From Candidatus Heimdallarchaeota archaeon (GTDB taxonomy: Archaea > Asgardarchaeota > Heimdallarchaeia > JABLTI01), in NCBI GenBank assembly GCA_018238155.1, contig JABCTZ010000046.1, positions 224,001-288,000 on the forward strand: a DNA stretch of 64,000 nt, in the 5' to 3' direction. Of this stretch, positions 30,510 to 40,395 are shown one piece after another. The notes under the pieces were generated by a model. The model saw only the letters and a list, made by a program, of their open reading frames with translations, made no database searches and was not told the origin of the DNA. The translations under genes were made by a program, and so were the position numbers. Each line of letters opens with the position of its first letter. Position 1 is the stretch's first letter.

Positions 30510-31484
30510 CTAATCCTTTAATCTTGGATTCATTGCATCATTTAGCGCATCGCCTACTATGTTGAATGCTAAGACAAGGAAGAAAATTCCAAATCCGGCA
30601 ATGAATACTTGTTCAGGATTATTGATGAGATTTGTAACACCTTCGTTGACAACTCGTCCCCAGGATACTGTTTGAGGATCACCAAATCCAAGAAAAGTCA
30701 AACCTGCTTCTGCAAGAATATTTCCACCAATATTTAAGGTCGTAACTACAACCAAAGGTGATAAGATATTTGGCAGAACATGTTTTGTTATAATTCGCCA
30801 ATCGCTTGCTCCAAGACAGATTGCTGCTGAGACATATTCAAGAGTCATCACTCTTTTTACTTCAGCTGTTGTAAGACGCGCTAATCCAGCCCAACCAAAG
30901 AGCCCTAAAACTGAAATCATTATCGTTGCATGGCTCATGTTTTGCATGAATTCTATACGTCCGGACCTAAGGAATGATACTGCTACAATAGCTATTAGTA
31001 AGAAAGGAACGGCAAGGAACATATCTGTTAACCGCATGATAATTTCTTCTGTCAATCCACGGTAATAACCTGCTAAGGCACCTAAAATTACACCTATAAA
31101 TGTAGATAACATTGAAGCTGTAATACCTACAAGAAGACTAATTTGAGAACCCCAAACTATTCTTGAAAATAAATCTCTACCGAGTGTATCAGTTCCAATA
31201 GGATATTTCAAGCTTGGATGTTCATCTGCTCCTCCGCCACCATATTTATCAAACAGTGGATCAAGTGCAGTAGGATAATGCTGAGATATTAATGGAGCTA
31301 AAATTGCCATAATAACTACTATTAGAATAACAAAGAATCCATAAATAGCTAATTTATTCTTTTGAAATCGTTTCCAAACTGTAGACCAATGAGATGGTGA
31401 TTTCTCTACTGGAGCCTCATCACCTATACGCAGTAATTCTGCTGTACTTTTTCCTTTTGTATCTTTATCTGTAACTGTTGCCAA
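30510..31484 (-). CDS. oppC: Oligopeptide ABC permease
   Basis: GTDTLGRDLFSRIVWG, EYVSAAICLGAS, KHVLPN, GDALNDAMNPR. Confidence 0.93.
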   Translation of the reverse strand: MATVTDKDTKGKSTAELLRIGDEAPVEKSPSHWSTVWKRFQKNKLAIYGFFVILIVVIMAILAPLISQHYPTALDPLFDKYGGGGADEHPSLKYPIGTDTLGRDLFSRIVWGSQISLLVGITASMLSTFIGVILGALAGYYRGLTEEIIMRLTDMFLAVPFLLIAIVAVSFLRSGRIEFMQNMSHATIMISVLGLFGWAGLARLTTAEVKRVMTLEYVSAAICLGASDWRIITKHVLPNILSPLVVVTTLNIGGNILAEAGLTFLGFGDPQTVSWGRVVNEGVTNLINNPEQVFIAGFGIFFLVLAFNIVGDALNDAMNPRLKD

Positions 31485-31502
31485 TAATAATGTCCTCCAG
31501 TA

Positions 31503-32627
31503 TTAAATTTCAATCCGCGGATCTACCCAAACATAAGCGATATCTGTAATTAGATTTGCAACGAGAATCATCAGAGTGATAATCATGCTAATTGCCATAA
31601 TTAGTGGATGATCTAATTTTCCAATATATTGAACGAATTTTCGTCCTAATCCCGGAAAAGAAAAGACCGTTTCTGTTATCGGCGTTCCTGATAACACACT
31701 TCCAACAAATAAGCCTATATACGTCACCACAGGGAGTAGTGCATTTCTCAAGCCATGGCTAATTAACACTGCTCTCTCGGAGAGACCATTAGCTCGAGCT
31801 GATAGAATGTAATCTTGTCTTAAGATTTCCAACATTGAGCCTCTTACCAATCTTGTAAATAATGCAAGACTAGAAAAGACAAGTGTTGTTACTGGCAGAA
31901 TCATGTAATATATGGTATCACCAGTATGAGTAAAGAATGACGTAAAGAACTCTCCCAGCTGTCCATTCCATAGACCAACCCAATGAGTAATAGGTTCCGG
32001 TGTGGAATGTGCTTTGCCCGGTGGCAACCAATTTAATCCTCTGCCTGAGAAGATATAAATTAGTAGATAGCCTACAACAAAAATCGGCATTGATTGAAAT
32101 AGTAATGCCATTGCACTAATACCTGAATCTATCCAAGAATTTTGGAATTTTGCTGCCATTACTCCTAAAAGAATTGAGATAATTAACGAAATTAAGAATT
32201 GAGTAATTTGAAGTTTGAGTGTTTCAGGCAAAAAATTACCGATTGCATCTAATACAGGTTCTCTAGTAAAGAATGTTAAACCCAAATCAAATGTTGCAAA
32301 TCCACCCAACCAAACGAAATATTGCTGCATAGGAGGCTTGGCTAAACCAAGTGTCTCACGAATACGATCAATATCTGCAGGTGTAATGTGTGGGTTTTGT
32401 TGTATAAGATAACCTAATGGATCACCAATCAAATACATTAACGAAAAAGTAATGATCGATATACCAATAAACAATGGAATAATAGTGAGAATTCTTCTGA
32501 AGCTATAAATTAATAGCCGATTTTTAGTAATAGATTTGAACCAACCACCTATACCATACCAGTTGGAAACTCTATTAGGATTTGAATCGATTTCTTCAGG
32601 AATGTTTTCGACAACAACTTCTGTCAT
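31503..32627 (-). CDS. oppB: Oligopeptide ABC permease
   Basis: QDYILSARANGL, HGLRNALLP, ETVFSFPGLG, DPRI. Confidence 0.93.
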   Translation of the reverse strand: MTEVVVENIPEEIDSNPNRVSNWYGIGGWFKSITKNRLLIYSFRRILTIIPLFIGISIITFSLMYLIGDPLGYLIQQNPHITPADIDRIRETLGLAKPPMQQYFVWLGGFATFDLGLTFFTREPVLDAIGNFLPETLKLQITQFLISLIISILLGVMAAKFQNSWIDSGISAMALLFQSMPIFVVGYLLIYIFSGRGLNWLPPGKAHSTPEPITHWVGLWNGQLGEFFTSFFTHTGDTIYYMILPVTTLVFSSLALFTRLVRGSMLEILRQDYILSARANGLSERAVLISHGLRNALLPVVTYIGLFVGSVLSGTPITETVFSFPGLGRKFVQYIGKLDHPLIMAISMIITLMILVANLITDIAYVWVDPRIEI

Positions 32628-32862
32628 AGTTCTAACTCCAAATCAAAGTTCGACATTCAATCGTTCTTTGGATAATAACCTAAATAGATATTACTCACTT
32701 AAACTTCTCAAATGATAAATATCAAGGTTATGTATAGTCTGTTAAAGAGATAATTATCATATTTATACCTTACTTCTACATAAAAAAAGAGTGAGGCTAC
32801 AAAAAGTTTTCTTTCGCTATTTTAACAATATGATTAAAAAAAAGTGAAAGAAATACTTTCAC

Positions 32863-33849
32863 TTAGGTTACGACAACACCACATTCTTTGCAAACCCTGG
32901 AACCAGATTCAACTAATGTACCACAAACTTTACACGTATGAACCTTCGTTGGTTCATATAATTCTGTAGTAGGTAGACTTAGATGAATTTGTTGACCAAC
33001 CAATTGAGCTTTTAGATTTTTAGGATTGTCAAGTATTTTCATCATATCTTCTGGAATTGAAATACGATTTTGATTGTCAACAGCTAATCTTCGAGTTCCT
33101 GCGAGATCTCTTAGACGAATGTTGCTGTCATGGGTTGCTAAAATTACTCCATCTTCAATTTCTATGGTACGTTCTGCACGAGAAGCTACTTGTTGAGCGT
33201 GAGTTGCCAATAGAAGAGCAACACCTAATTCACGATTGATTTCATCTAATACATCAAGAACATGCTCACCTGTTAAGGGATCGAGTGAAGCTGTAACTTC
33301 ATCTGCAATAACCAATTTAGGATTTGTAATAAGTGCAGCGGCAAGTGCAACACGTTGTTTTTCACCACCCGATAACATTCCTGGACGATGCTTTTTCCGT
33401 TCACTTAAACCAACTAAATCAACTAACATATCACATCGTTCATCAATTTCTTTATTCTCCATTCCCGCTAAATGTCCACCCAGCTTAACATTCTGAACAA
33501 CATTTAAATGAGGAATAAGTTTTGTTTCTTGAAAAACTAGTCCGGCAAATTTTCTTCGAGCACGAACGATTTGTTCTGGAGAGAGTCTAGAAATGTCTCG
33601 AGATATCCCTGACCAAAATATCTTCCCAGAAGTTGGGGGTAAAAGTCCAGCTGAAATATTTACTAAAGTTGATTTTCCAGCACCAGAAGGACCAATAAGT
33701 GCCACTTTTTCACCAGGATAAATAGTCATTGAAACTCCACGAAGAGCAATTGTCTCTGTTTTCTCACTTTGATAGATTTTATAAACCTCTTCAATGTTCA
33801 AAATTGGCATTTTTAATTGTGATTGACCAGCAGCCATTTTCATACCCAA
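32863..33849 (-). CDS. LolD-type ABC ATPase with C-terminal AbrB/MraZ-like domain and zinc ribbon
   Basis: GPSGAGKST, LSGGEKQRV; then VDNQNRISIPEDMMKIL and CKVC...CKEC. Confidence 0.85.
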   Translation of the reverse strand: MGMKMAAGQSQLKMPILNIEEVYKIYQSEKTETIALRGVSMTIYPGEKVALIGPSGAGKSTLVNISAGLLPPTSGKIFWSGISRDISRLSPEQIVRARRKFAGLVFQETKLIPHLNVVQNVKLGGHLAGMENKEIDERCDMLVDLVGLSERKKHRPGMLSGGEKQRVALAAALITNPKLVIADEVTASLDPLTGEHVLDVLDEINRELGVALLLATHAQQVASRAERTIEIEDGVILATHDSNIRLRDLAGTRRLAVDNQNRISIPEDMMKILDNPKNLKAQLVGQQIHLSLPTTELYEPTKVHTCKVCGTLVESGSRVCKECGVVVT

Positions 33850-34015
33850 TGGATTTGATAGTAATGCCCATATTTTAATGTATTATCTAGTCTAGAATGG
33901 TTTATTCTAAAGTATCTATTGTGATACAATAGCTGTTTCATAAAAAAGCGGCAGAAATTTAATTAAAGGAGTAGAGAAGCAAAATATAGAGAAAAATAAT
34001 TGTAGAAAAAGTTAT

Positions 34016-35026
34016 TTGATTTTGCAAGAAGCAAATAACGAGATTAGAGAAAATATTAAAAGGATAAAGGAGCAAAAACAATCTATGAGCACCATAAACG
34101 AAGAGAAGGAGCAACAGCATGAATCCAAAGTTATGTCTACTTGGGATCAAATGAAATCCTTCAAAGTAAAACCATTTAAACAGTATCTCGGTCCAACAGG
34201 GATTTGGATGCTTTGCTATTATTTTATTATGATTTTCATAATGATTGCAATGAATATTGCACGTGTAGGATGGTCAGGTGAAGCAATATTTGCTGCCCCT
34301 GCACACTTTGCTCAATTATTTCTTAATTATGGTTTAAATGCCGGAAAAGTTGCCGCTGATCCATTAGATACGGTCAATGATTTCTATCTTGAAAAAATTG
34401 AATTTAACAGACCATTAATGTCTGCCTCATGGTTATTCGCTCCAATGATTGTTTATGTTATTGGAATTATACTCGCTATTGTTGGTGGTTCAGGTTATCC
34501 ACAACCAACAGGTGAATATGGATATTTGGAGAATTTCTTTTACTTCAATGAAAGAACAGTAGGATTAACTGGTGATCCATTAAGTGAAAACCCAGGAAAG
34601 GGTGGCTCATTTTATTTTCTACTTGTCTGGTTACCAATAATTCTCTCGGCAATTTTAGGGGCAATGATTTCAAAGAGATTATTTAAAGATCCAAAACAAC
34701 ACAAATCTTTCAATGTCATTAAAATGATGTTGTATAATCTATTTGCAGGATTTATTGTAGGATTACAAATGGGATACATGACAGGTAAAGTAACAATCAG
34801 TTTATGGGGAACAATTGTAACAATTTTCACTTCATCTTACGATAATACAGGTTACATGTTCTCAGGACAATATAATCCCAACGTGATGATGTTTACTTCA
34901 TGGTTTATCAATTTTATACCAATAATAATTATTGCAACCGCATATGTTCTTTATGGACCACTTGAGGATAAAATTGTTAATCTATTGAAAGGAAATCCAC
35001 AAAATCAAACAAAAAAAGTGGAATAA
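34016..35026 (+). CDS. Hypothetical multi-pass membrane protein
   Basis: About 5-6 TM helices; start uncertain (ATG 34085 is possible). Confidence 0.7.
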   Translation: MILQEANNEIRENIKRIKEQKQSMSTINEEKEQQHESKVMSTWDQMKSFKVKPFKQYLGPTGIWMLCYYFIMIFIMIAMNIARVGWSGEAIFAAPAHFAQLFLNYGLNAGKVAADPLDTVNDFYLEKIEFNRPLMSASWLFAPMIVYVIGIILAIVGGSGYPQPTGEYGYLENFFYFNERTVGLTGDPLSENPGKGGSFYFLLVWLPIILSAILGAMISKRLFKDPKQHKSFNVIKMMLYNLFAGFIVGLQMGYMTGKVTISLWGTIVTIFTSSYDNTGYMFSGQYNPNVMMFTSWFINFIPIIIIATAYVLYGPLEDKIVNLLKGNPQNQTKKVE

Positions 35027-35355
35027 ACTTTAGCAGAAAAAAAAGTGCTCTATTGGCGGTTAACTCCGCCGAAAAATCTTTTTAATTTTTCTTTCAAAGA
35101 TCAAAAAATTTCTGAGGGTTTTCCACGAAATATTTAATTAATGTCTAAGTTACTATTTTTAGATGAATTTCTACAAAATAAATGTCCTAATACATTTTAG
35201 CAAAAACTGAAATTAGACCTCTTTTCGAACAAATTAAACAGTCTACTCAAGTGTTCTTTAATTCAGGATTATATATCCCAAAGTAATTTTTTAGAAATAA
35301 ACCATTGGTCGAAAAAAGTAATAAAGAACTAAAATAAATTACTATCGGTTAGGAT

Positions 35356-36204
35356 ATGGCTCTTCCACATTGGCTAATTAAAATCGTAATGAGATTATTT
35401 CCGAAGAGGTTCTTCTTGGCGAGATTAACTCATATTCGAATCCTAAGAAAAGTCGCAGAAATTTGGCTATTCAAAGATGATGAAACTTACTATTTACCAC
35501 AAGAAACAATCATAACAGATAAAAAAAGTAGAAGTAAAAAAATTGTTATCAACAAAGCAATTGATCAAACAATAGATCTGGTTTTACCATCTCAAGTAAT
35601 TGAACATTTTATTGATAAAGCAAAATATCAGTGGTTAATGAATTTCTGTTTGTGCAGAACTGCAAATGATTGTAAAAATTATTCAAAAGATCTGGGGTGT
35701 CTTTTTTTAGGAGAAGCTGTGCTCGATATTAACCCAGCTTATGGAAAACTAATTTCAAAAGAAACAGCTAAAAAACATCTACTAAAATGTCAAGCCGAAG
35801 GGTTAGTTCATCTTATTGGAAAAAATAGAATTGATACACAATGGTTACAAATTGGACCCGGAACAAAACTAATGTCAATTTGTAATTGTTGTGAATGTTG
35901 TTGTTTATGGAAGATGACACCATATATTGATACAAAAATAAGAAGAAATCTATCACGAATGCCTGGTGTATCAGTTCAAGTAAATGACAATTGTACTTCA
36001 TGTGGAGATTGTCTGAACGATATCTGTTTTGTCAATGCAATTTCAATGGAAGGAGATAAAGCCCAAATTAATCAAGAATTTTGCTTAGGTTGTGGAAGAT
36101 GTGTGAATGTTTGTGCACAAAACGCAATAATATTAAAAATAGATAATCAGTATTTTGTAGAGGAGACAATTGAGAACCTATCAAAAGTGGTTGATGTAAC
36201 CTAA
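35356..36204 (+). CDS. 4Fe-4S dicluster-binding protein
   Basis: CLCR, CNCCECCC, CTSCGDC...C, CLGCGRCVNVC. Confidence 0.88.
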   Translation: MALPHWLIKIVMRLFPKRFFLARLTHIRILRKVAEIWLFKDDETYYLPQETIITDKKSRSKKIVINKAIDQTIDLVLPSQVIEHFIDKAKYQWLMNFCLCRTANDCKNYSKDLGCLFLGEAVLDINPAYGKLISKETAKKHLLKCQAEGLVHLIGKNRIDTQWLQIGPGTKLMSICNCCECCCLWKMTPYIDTKIRRNLSRMPGVSVQVNDNCTSCGDCLNDICFVNAISMEGDKAQINQEFCLGCGRCVNVCAQNAIILKIDNQYFVEETIENLSKVVDVT

Positions 36205-36233
36205 AGAAAAAATCTAAAAAAAGAAATCTAAGG

Positions 36234-37439
36234 ATGAACAAAATGGTATTTGTAAAAATATCTCAAGAAAATTATAAAAGAAGAATTGAATTTATTCGGA
36301 AGACTCTTCAAGAACAAAATTTGAAGGGAATGATATTCTTTAATCCAAGAAGTGTATTCTACCTTGTTGGTTTTCATCACATCCCAACAGAAAGGCCAAT
36401 AGCAATGATTCTCCCAACAGAGGGAGATATTGGGTTGTTTGTTCCAAATTTGGAAATAAATCATGTGAAAGATAAAGTTCCAATAGTGAAAGATGTATTC
36501 AGTTATTTTGAATATCCAGATGAAACACATCCAATGAAAATATTTGCCAAAGCTCTTGAAGAAAGAAAGCTAGCTGATAAGTCGATAGCTGCTGATGCTC
36601 CGGGAGCACCAACTTATTGGGGATATCAAGGTCCTGCTTTAGCTGAAATCATTCCAAAAGCAAAAATAACGATATTAAATGAATTGATTATGGATATGCG
36701 TGTAATTAAAGATCAAGAGGAAATTGCATTAATTAATGAAAGTTGCAAGTGGGGAAATCTTGCCCATCAATTGTTACAAGAATACACACATGTTGGTGCC
36801 GCAGAAATAGAAGTTGTAAATAGAGCATGTGCTGAAGCATCTAAAATGATGATTAAAACTCTGGGACCAGATTTCAAACCATTAGGTGGAGCAACCTCTG
36901 CTGCAGCTGGATATCGTGGGCAAATTGGTGCCGGTTCAGCAATTCCTCATGCAACAACTGGAAACATATTCTTCAAAAAAGGAGATACATTGGTTACAGG
37001 TGCAGGAGCAAATGTTAGCGGATATCGAAGTGAACTCGAGAGAACAATGTTTATGGGTGAACCTTCTAAGAAACAAGAAAAATATTTCGCTATTATGCTG
37101 AAAGCACAAAATGCAGCAATTGAAGCATTTGGTCCAGATGTGAAAAATGCTGATGTAGATCGAGCTGCTCGCAAGGTCTTCAAAGACGAAGGTGTTTGGG
37201 ATCTGGTACAGCACCATTCAGGGCATGCAATAGGTATGGAAGGACATGAACGACCTTTTCTAGATATCGGTTCAAAAGTTGTAATGAAACCTGGAATGGT
37301 ATTTACTATTGAGCCTGGAATTTACGTTCATGGCTTTGCAGGTTTCAGGCACTCAGATACAATTCTAATAACTGAAGATGGTAGTGAAATGATGACTTAC
37401 TATCCTCGTGAAATTGAAGATTTAATAATATATGATTGA
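36234..37439 (+). CDS. Xaa-Pro peptidase (M24B)
   Basis: RVIKDQEEI, HSGHAIG..GHE.P, FTIEPGIY, GFRHSDT. Confidence 0.9.
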   Translation: MNKMVFVKISQENYKRRIEFIRKTLQEQNLKGMIFFNPRSVFYLVGFHHIPTERPIAMILPTEGDIGLFVPNLEINHVKDKVPIVKDVFSYFEYPDETHPMKIFAKALEERKLADKSIAADAPGAPTYWGYQGPALAEIIPKAKITILNELIMDMRVIKDQEEIALINESCKWGNLAHQLLQEYTHVGAAEIEVVNRACAEASKMMIKTLGPDFKPLGGATSAAAGYRGQIGAGSAIPHATTGNIFFKKGDTLVTGAGANVSGYRSELERTMFMGEPSKKQEKYFAIMLKAQNAAIEAFGPDVKNADVDRAARKVFKDEGVWDLVQHHSGHAIGMEGHERPFLDIGSKVVMKPGMVFTIEPGIYVHGFAGFRHSDTILITEDGSEMMTYYPREIEDLIIYD

Positions 37440-37493
37440 AAAGTTGGATCATTATAGAACATCATGCCGCTGTTTCAGCGGTAAATTATTTTT

Positions 37494-38498
37494 TTATGAT
37501 AATTGTGTTACAATTAATCCACCTAATATTAAGCCTGCACCAAGACCAAACTGCCAATTAATCGTTTCGCCTTCTAGAAGAAAAACAGCTAAAATAGTAG
37601 CAATTATTGGAATTAGAAATTGAAATACACTTGCTTTTTGTACTGGAATTCTTTTAATCGTTTCAAACCAGAGAGTAAATGAAATAGCAGTTGGAACAAT
37701 ACCTAGGAAAGTAGTCAATAAAATGTCAGTGGTAGATGGAGTGAAAATAAACCAACCATCAACAATGAACATTACAGCTGTGAGAATAATAGCACTAAAT
37801 GTAAGATTCCATGTTGATGTAACAATGAAATCTTCATCTTGGAGAAATCTCTTAAGATAAATAGAATATATTGCCCAAGCAGCACCAGAAAGAAAAGCAA
37901 GCAGATTTCCTAAAATATTATCGCTCATGAACATTTGAGAAAGGTCTTCTAAGGGAACAGCAATAAAAAAGATTCCAATTGCAGCAATAAACACGCCAAC
38001 AGTACCCCACCAACGATGTTTTTCTTTTAGAATTATTATTGATAATACAAATGTAATTACAGGATTAACGTTTAGTAGAAATGAGGAAACAGATGCAGTT
38101 GTGTATTTAACTGAGTACATTTGTAATAAAACAAAAGAAGCAAGAATGATTGAAGCGATAATTAGGTGGAGATATTGCTTCTTCAGGGTTTCAAAGAGAG
38201 ATTTAGTTCTCCGAGAAATAAAACATACAATCAACAAAGTAATTGCTGCAGGTAAATATCGTAATGCACTAATTTGAGTTGGTGACAAAGGATTCACTTG
38301 TTGTGTAAGATATCTTCCAACAACATTTGGTGATGCCCATGTTACAATGATGAAAATTAGCATCAAAATAACTGGAAGAAGTGCTTTGAATTTCGTTTGA
38401 ACTGGTAATCCTTCAATTGAAATCTTTGACTTTGTAGTATCTTCTTGGGATTTATTTGAAGAATCATCAATAGTCTCAGTTATTTCCAAATTAATCAT
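37494..38498 (-). CDS. DMT/EamA family transporter
   Basis: Ten TM helices in two EamA repeats. Confidence 0.9.
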   Translation of the reverse strand: MINLEITETIDDSSNKSQEDTTKSKISIEGLPVQTKFKALLPVILMLIFIIVTWASPNVVGRYLTQQVNPLSPTQISALRYLPAAITLLIVCFISRRTKSLFETLKKQYLHLIIASIILASFVLLQMYSVKYTTASVSSFLLNVNPVITFVLSIIILKEKHRWWGTVGVFIAAIGIFFIAVPLEDLSQMFMSDNILGNLLAFLSGAAWAIYSIYLKRFLQDEDFIVTSTWNLTFSAIILTAVMFIVDGWFIFTPSTTDILLTTFLGIVPTAISFTLWFETIKRIPVQKASVFQFLIPIIATILAVFLLEGETINWQFGLGAGLILGGLIVTQLS

Positions 38499-38565
38499 CC
38501 TCAGAAATAGAAATAAACAATTCCATTATTTAAATGAATAGCAAGTTTAAGAGGATTCATGAGTT

Positions 38566-39330
38566 GTGTCTGGAATGAAATTTATTGATTGTCATTGCCA
38601 TATTGCTGAAAACTACTTTCACAAGAAAATAGACTTTTTCGTGGATGAATGGACTAATCTAGGAATAAAAAAGATTGGAGCAATGGCTACAAATTTAAAA
38701 TCAACTTTGAGAAATTTGGAATTATCAGCCAAATATCCAAAATTATTTATCATAGGTGTAGGTAGGCATCCTTGGGGTGCACATAAATTTGATTTAGAAG
38801 AAAAAGAGAAGTTTGAAAAAATCATTTGTGACTCTCAAGTGGATGTTATTGGAGAAATTGGTTTAGATTATTATTTCGTAAAAGAGAAAGAAAAATATCC
38901 ACAACAGAAAATCGTTCTTGAATTCTTTCTGAAATTAGCACAGCAGTATAGAAAACCTGTTATGCTTCACCAGACAGGTGCAGAAAAGGAAATTTTGGAT
39001 ATTCTCACAACCTTTCAATTAAAAGGTGATATTTGTTGTCATTGGTATTCAGGACCGATTGACGTTCTCCATAAGCTAAATGATCTAGGATGTTATTTTT
39101 CGATAAACCCAGCATTTCTGAGAAGCAAAAATCATAGAGAAATACTAAACATTGTTTCAAAAGACAAACTACTAACTGAATCTGATGGTCCAGTCAAATT
39201 TCAAGGAAAACCAGGGTCACCTAGCTTTATACCATTTCTTTGTGAAAAACTTGCAGAGGAATTTAAAGCTTCAACAGAGGAAGTATCAAATCAAATTTTT
39301 TCAAACTTTCAAAAATATTTGAAATACTAA
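38566..39330 (+). CDS. tatD: TatD family nuclease
   Basis: IDCHCH, GRHPW, IGEIGLDY, HWYSG, LLTESDGP. Confidence 0.92.
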   Translation: MSGMKFIDCHCHIAENYFHKKIDFFVDEWTNLGIKKIGAMATNLKSTLRNLELSAKYPKLFIIGVGRHPWGAHKFDLEEKEKFEKIICDSQVDVIGEIGLDYYFVKEKEKYPQQKIVLEFFLKLAQQYRKPVMLHQTGAEKEILDILTTFQLKGDICCHWYSGPIDVLHKLNDLGCYFSINPAFLRSKNHREILNIVSKDKLLTESDGPVKFQGKPGSPSFIPFLCEKLAEEFKASTEEVSNQIFSNFQKYLKY

Positions 39331-39448
39331 GTTGCCCTATCCAAAACTCTTTTCAATGATTTTGAAGGATTTTACTAAATAGTATTGTCGGGAAGAAACA
39401 GATTTCATGTTAATATGTTTCTAGATTATTTCATAGGAGAAAGAATAT

Positions 39449-40372
39449 TTGACTAAAATGAAGTTCATCAAAGCTTGTCCTTTTTTACGAGACTTAGGTG
39501 ATAGCTTTCTTTGTGTAAATTGTGACAAAGTTGCTGATGTAGTTTTAGACCCACTTATTCATATAGAATGGAGCAATGAACTTCATCCTGTTGCTTCAGA
39601 AGTAGAAGATATTATTACTTGCTTATTTACTTTGGAAATTAAAGAAGATAATAGACTCTTTTGCATAAGTAGAAAACAATATTTGGAAATGGATAAACGT
39701 GAAATTCTCTGGAAAGATATTCGAGATGCAGTCATTTTACTAAGTTTAGATCAGCAAGGAGAGTTTAAAGATACAGAAATTGATTTTTGCTCAACATGTT
39801 TATATAAAGTCCTTATTGCTTCGAGTCCCGCATTTCAAAACCGATTAGATTTTAATGAGAAAATTCGATTGGGAACAGGTTTTATTTTAAATCGGGCAAA
39901 CGAAATTCATAATTCATTAGTTAATCTATCTGAGACATTTTCTAAAAAACAAAATGACAATACTAATGAGCTTTCTCCAACAAAAAAAGTTGAAATTTCA
40001 AATAATAAAACTACTGCATTTTCTTGGATGCTTTGGTTAACAAATGACCCTCGTTTCAATGATGAATTTATTGCCAACGCAATTGAATGGTCTCAAAAAT
40101 TCGATGAATGGAGAACAATCGTTTCAAGAATTACAGATGCAGAAATTGATGAAATAAAAATACGTAATGTAGAACAATCAGAAAAATATGCTGCACGATT
40201 AAAAGAAATATCTTTTGATATGGTAATGCGATTATCCTTTATTAAAAGAGATACAGATGAAATTGATGACATATTGAAATATGCAGATAAGGTTTTTTCA
40301 ATGGTTTGCATACAATTTGAAGATTTTATTTTCGTTTGCCACCAATTTTTAGATATAATAAAAGAAAAATAG
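39449..40372 (+). CDS. Hypothetical protein with Cys-rich N-terminal half and helical C-terminal half
   Basis: Long ORF; CPFL, CVNC and CSTC motifs; no family recognised. Confidence 0.7.
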   Translation: MTKMKFIKACPFLRDLGDSFLCVNCDKVADVVLDPLIHIEWSNELHPVASEVEDIITCLFTLEIKEDNRLFCISRKQYLEMDKREILWKDIRDAVILLSLDQQGEFKDTEIDFCSTCLYKVLIASSPAFQNRLDFNEKIRLGTGFILNRANEIHNSLVNLSETFSKKQNDNTNELSPTKKVEISNNKTTAFSWMLWLTNDPRFNDEFIANAIEWSQKFDEWRTIVSRITDAEIDEIKIRNVEQSEKYAARLKEISFDMVMRLSFIKRDTDEIDDILKYADKVFSMVCIQFEDFIFVCHQFLDIIKEK

Positions 40373-40395
40373 AAAAAAAAAGCTAAACCAATCTA

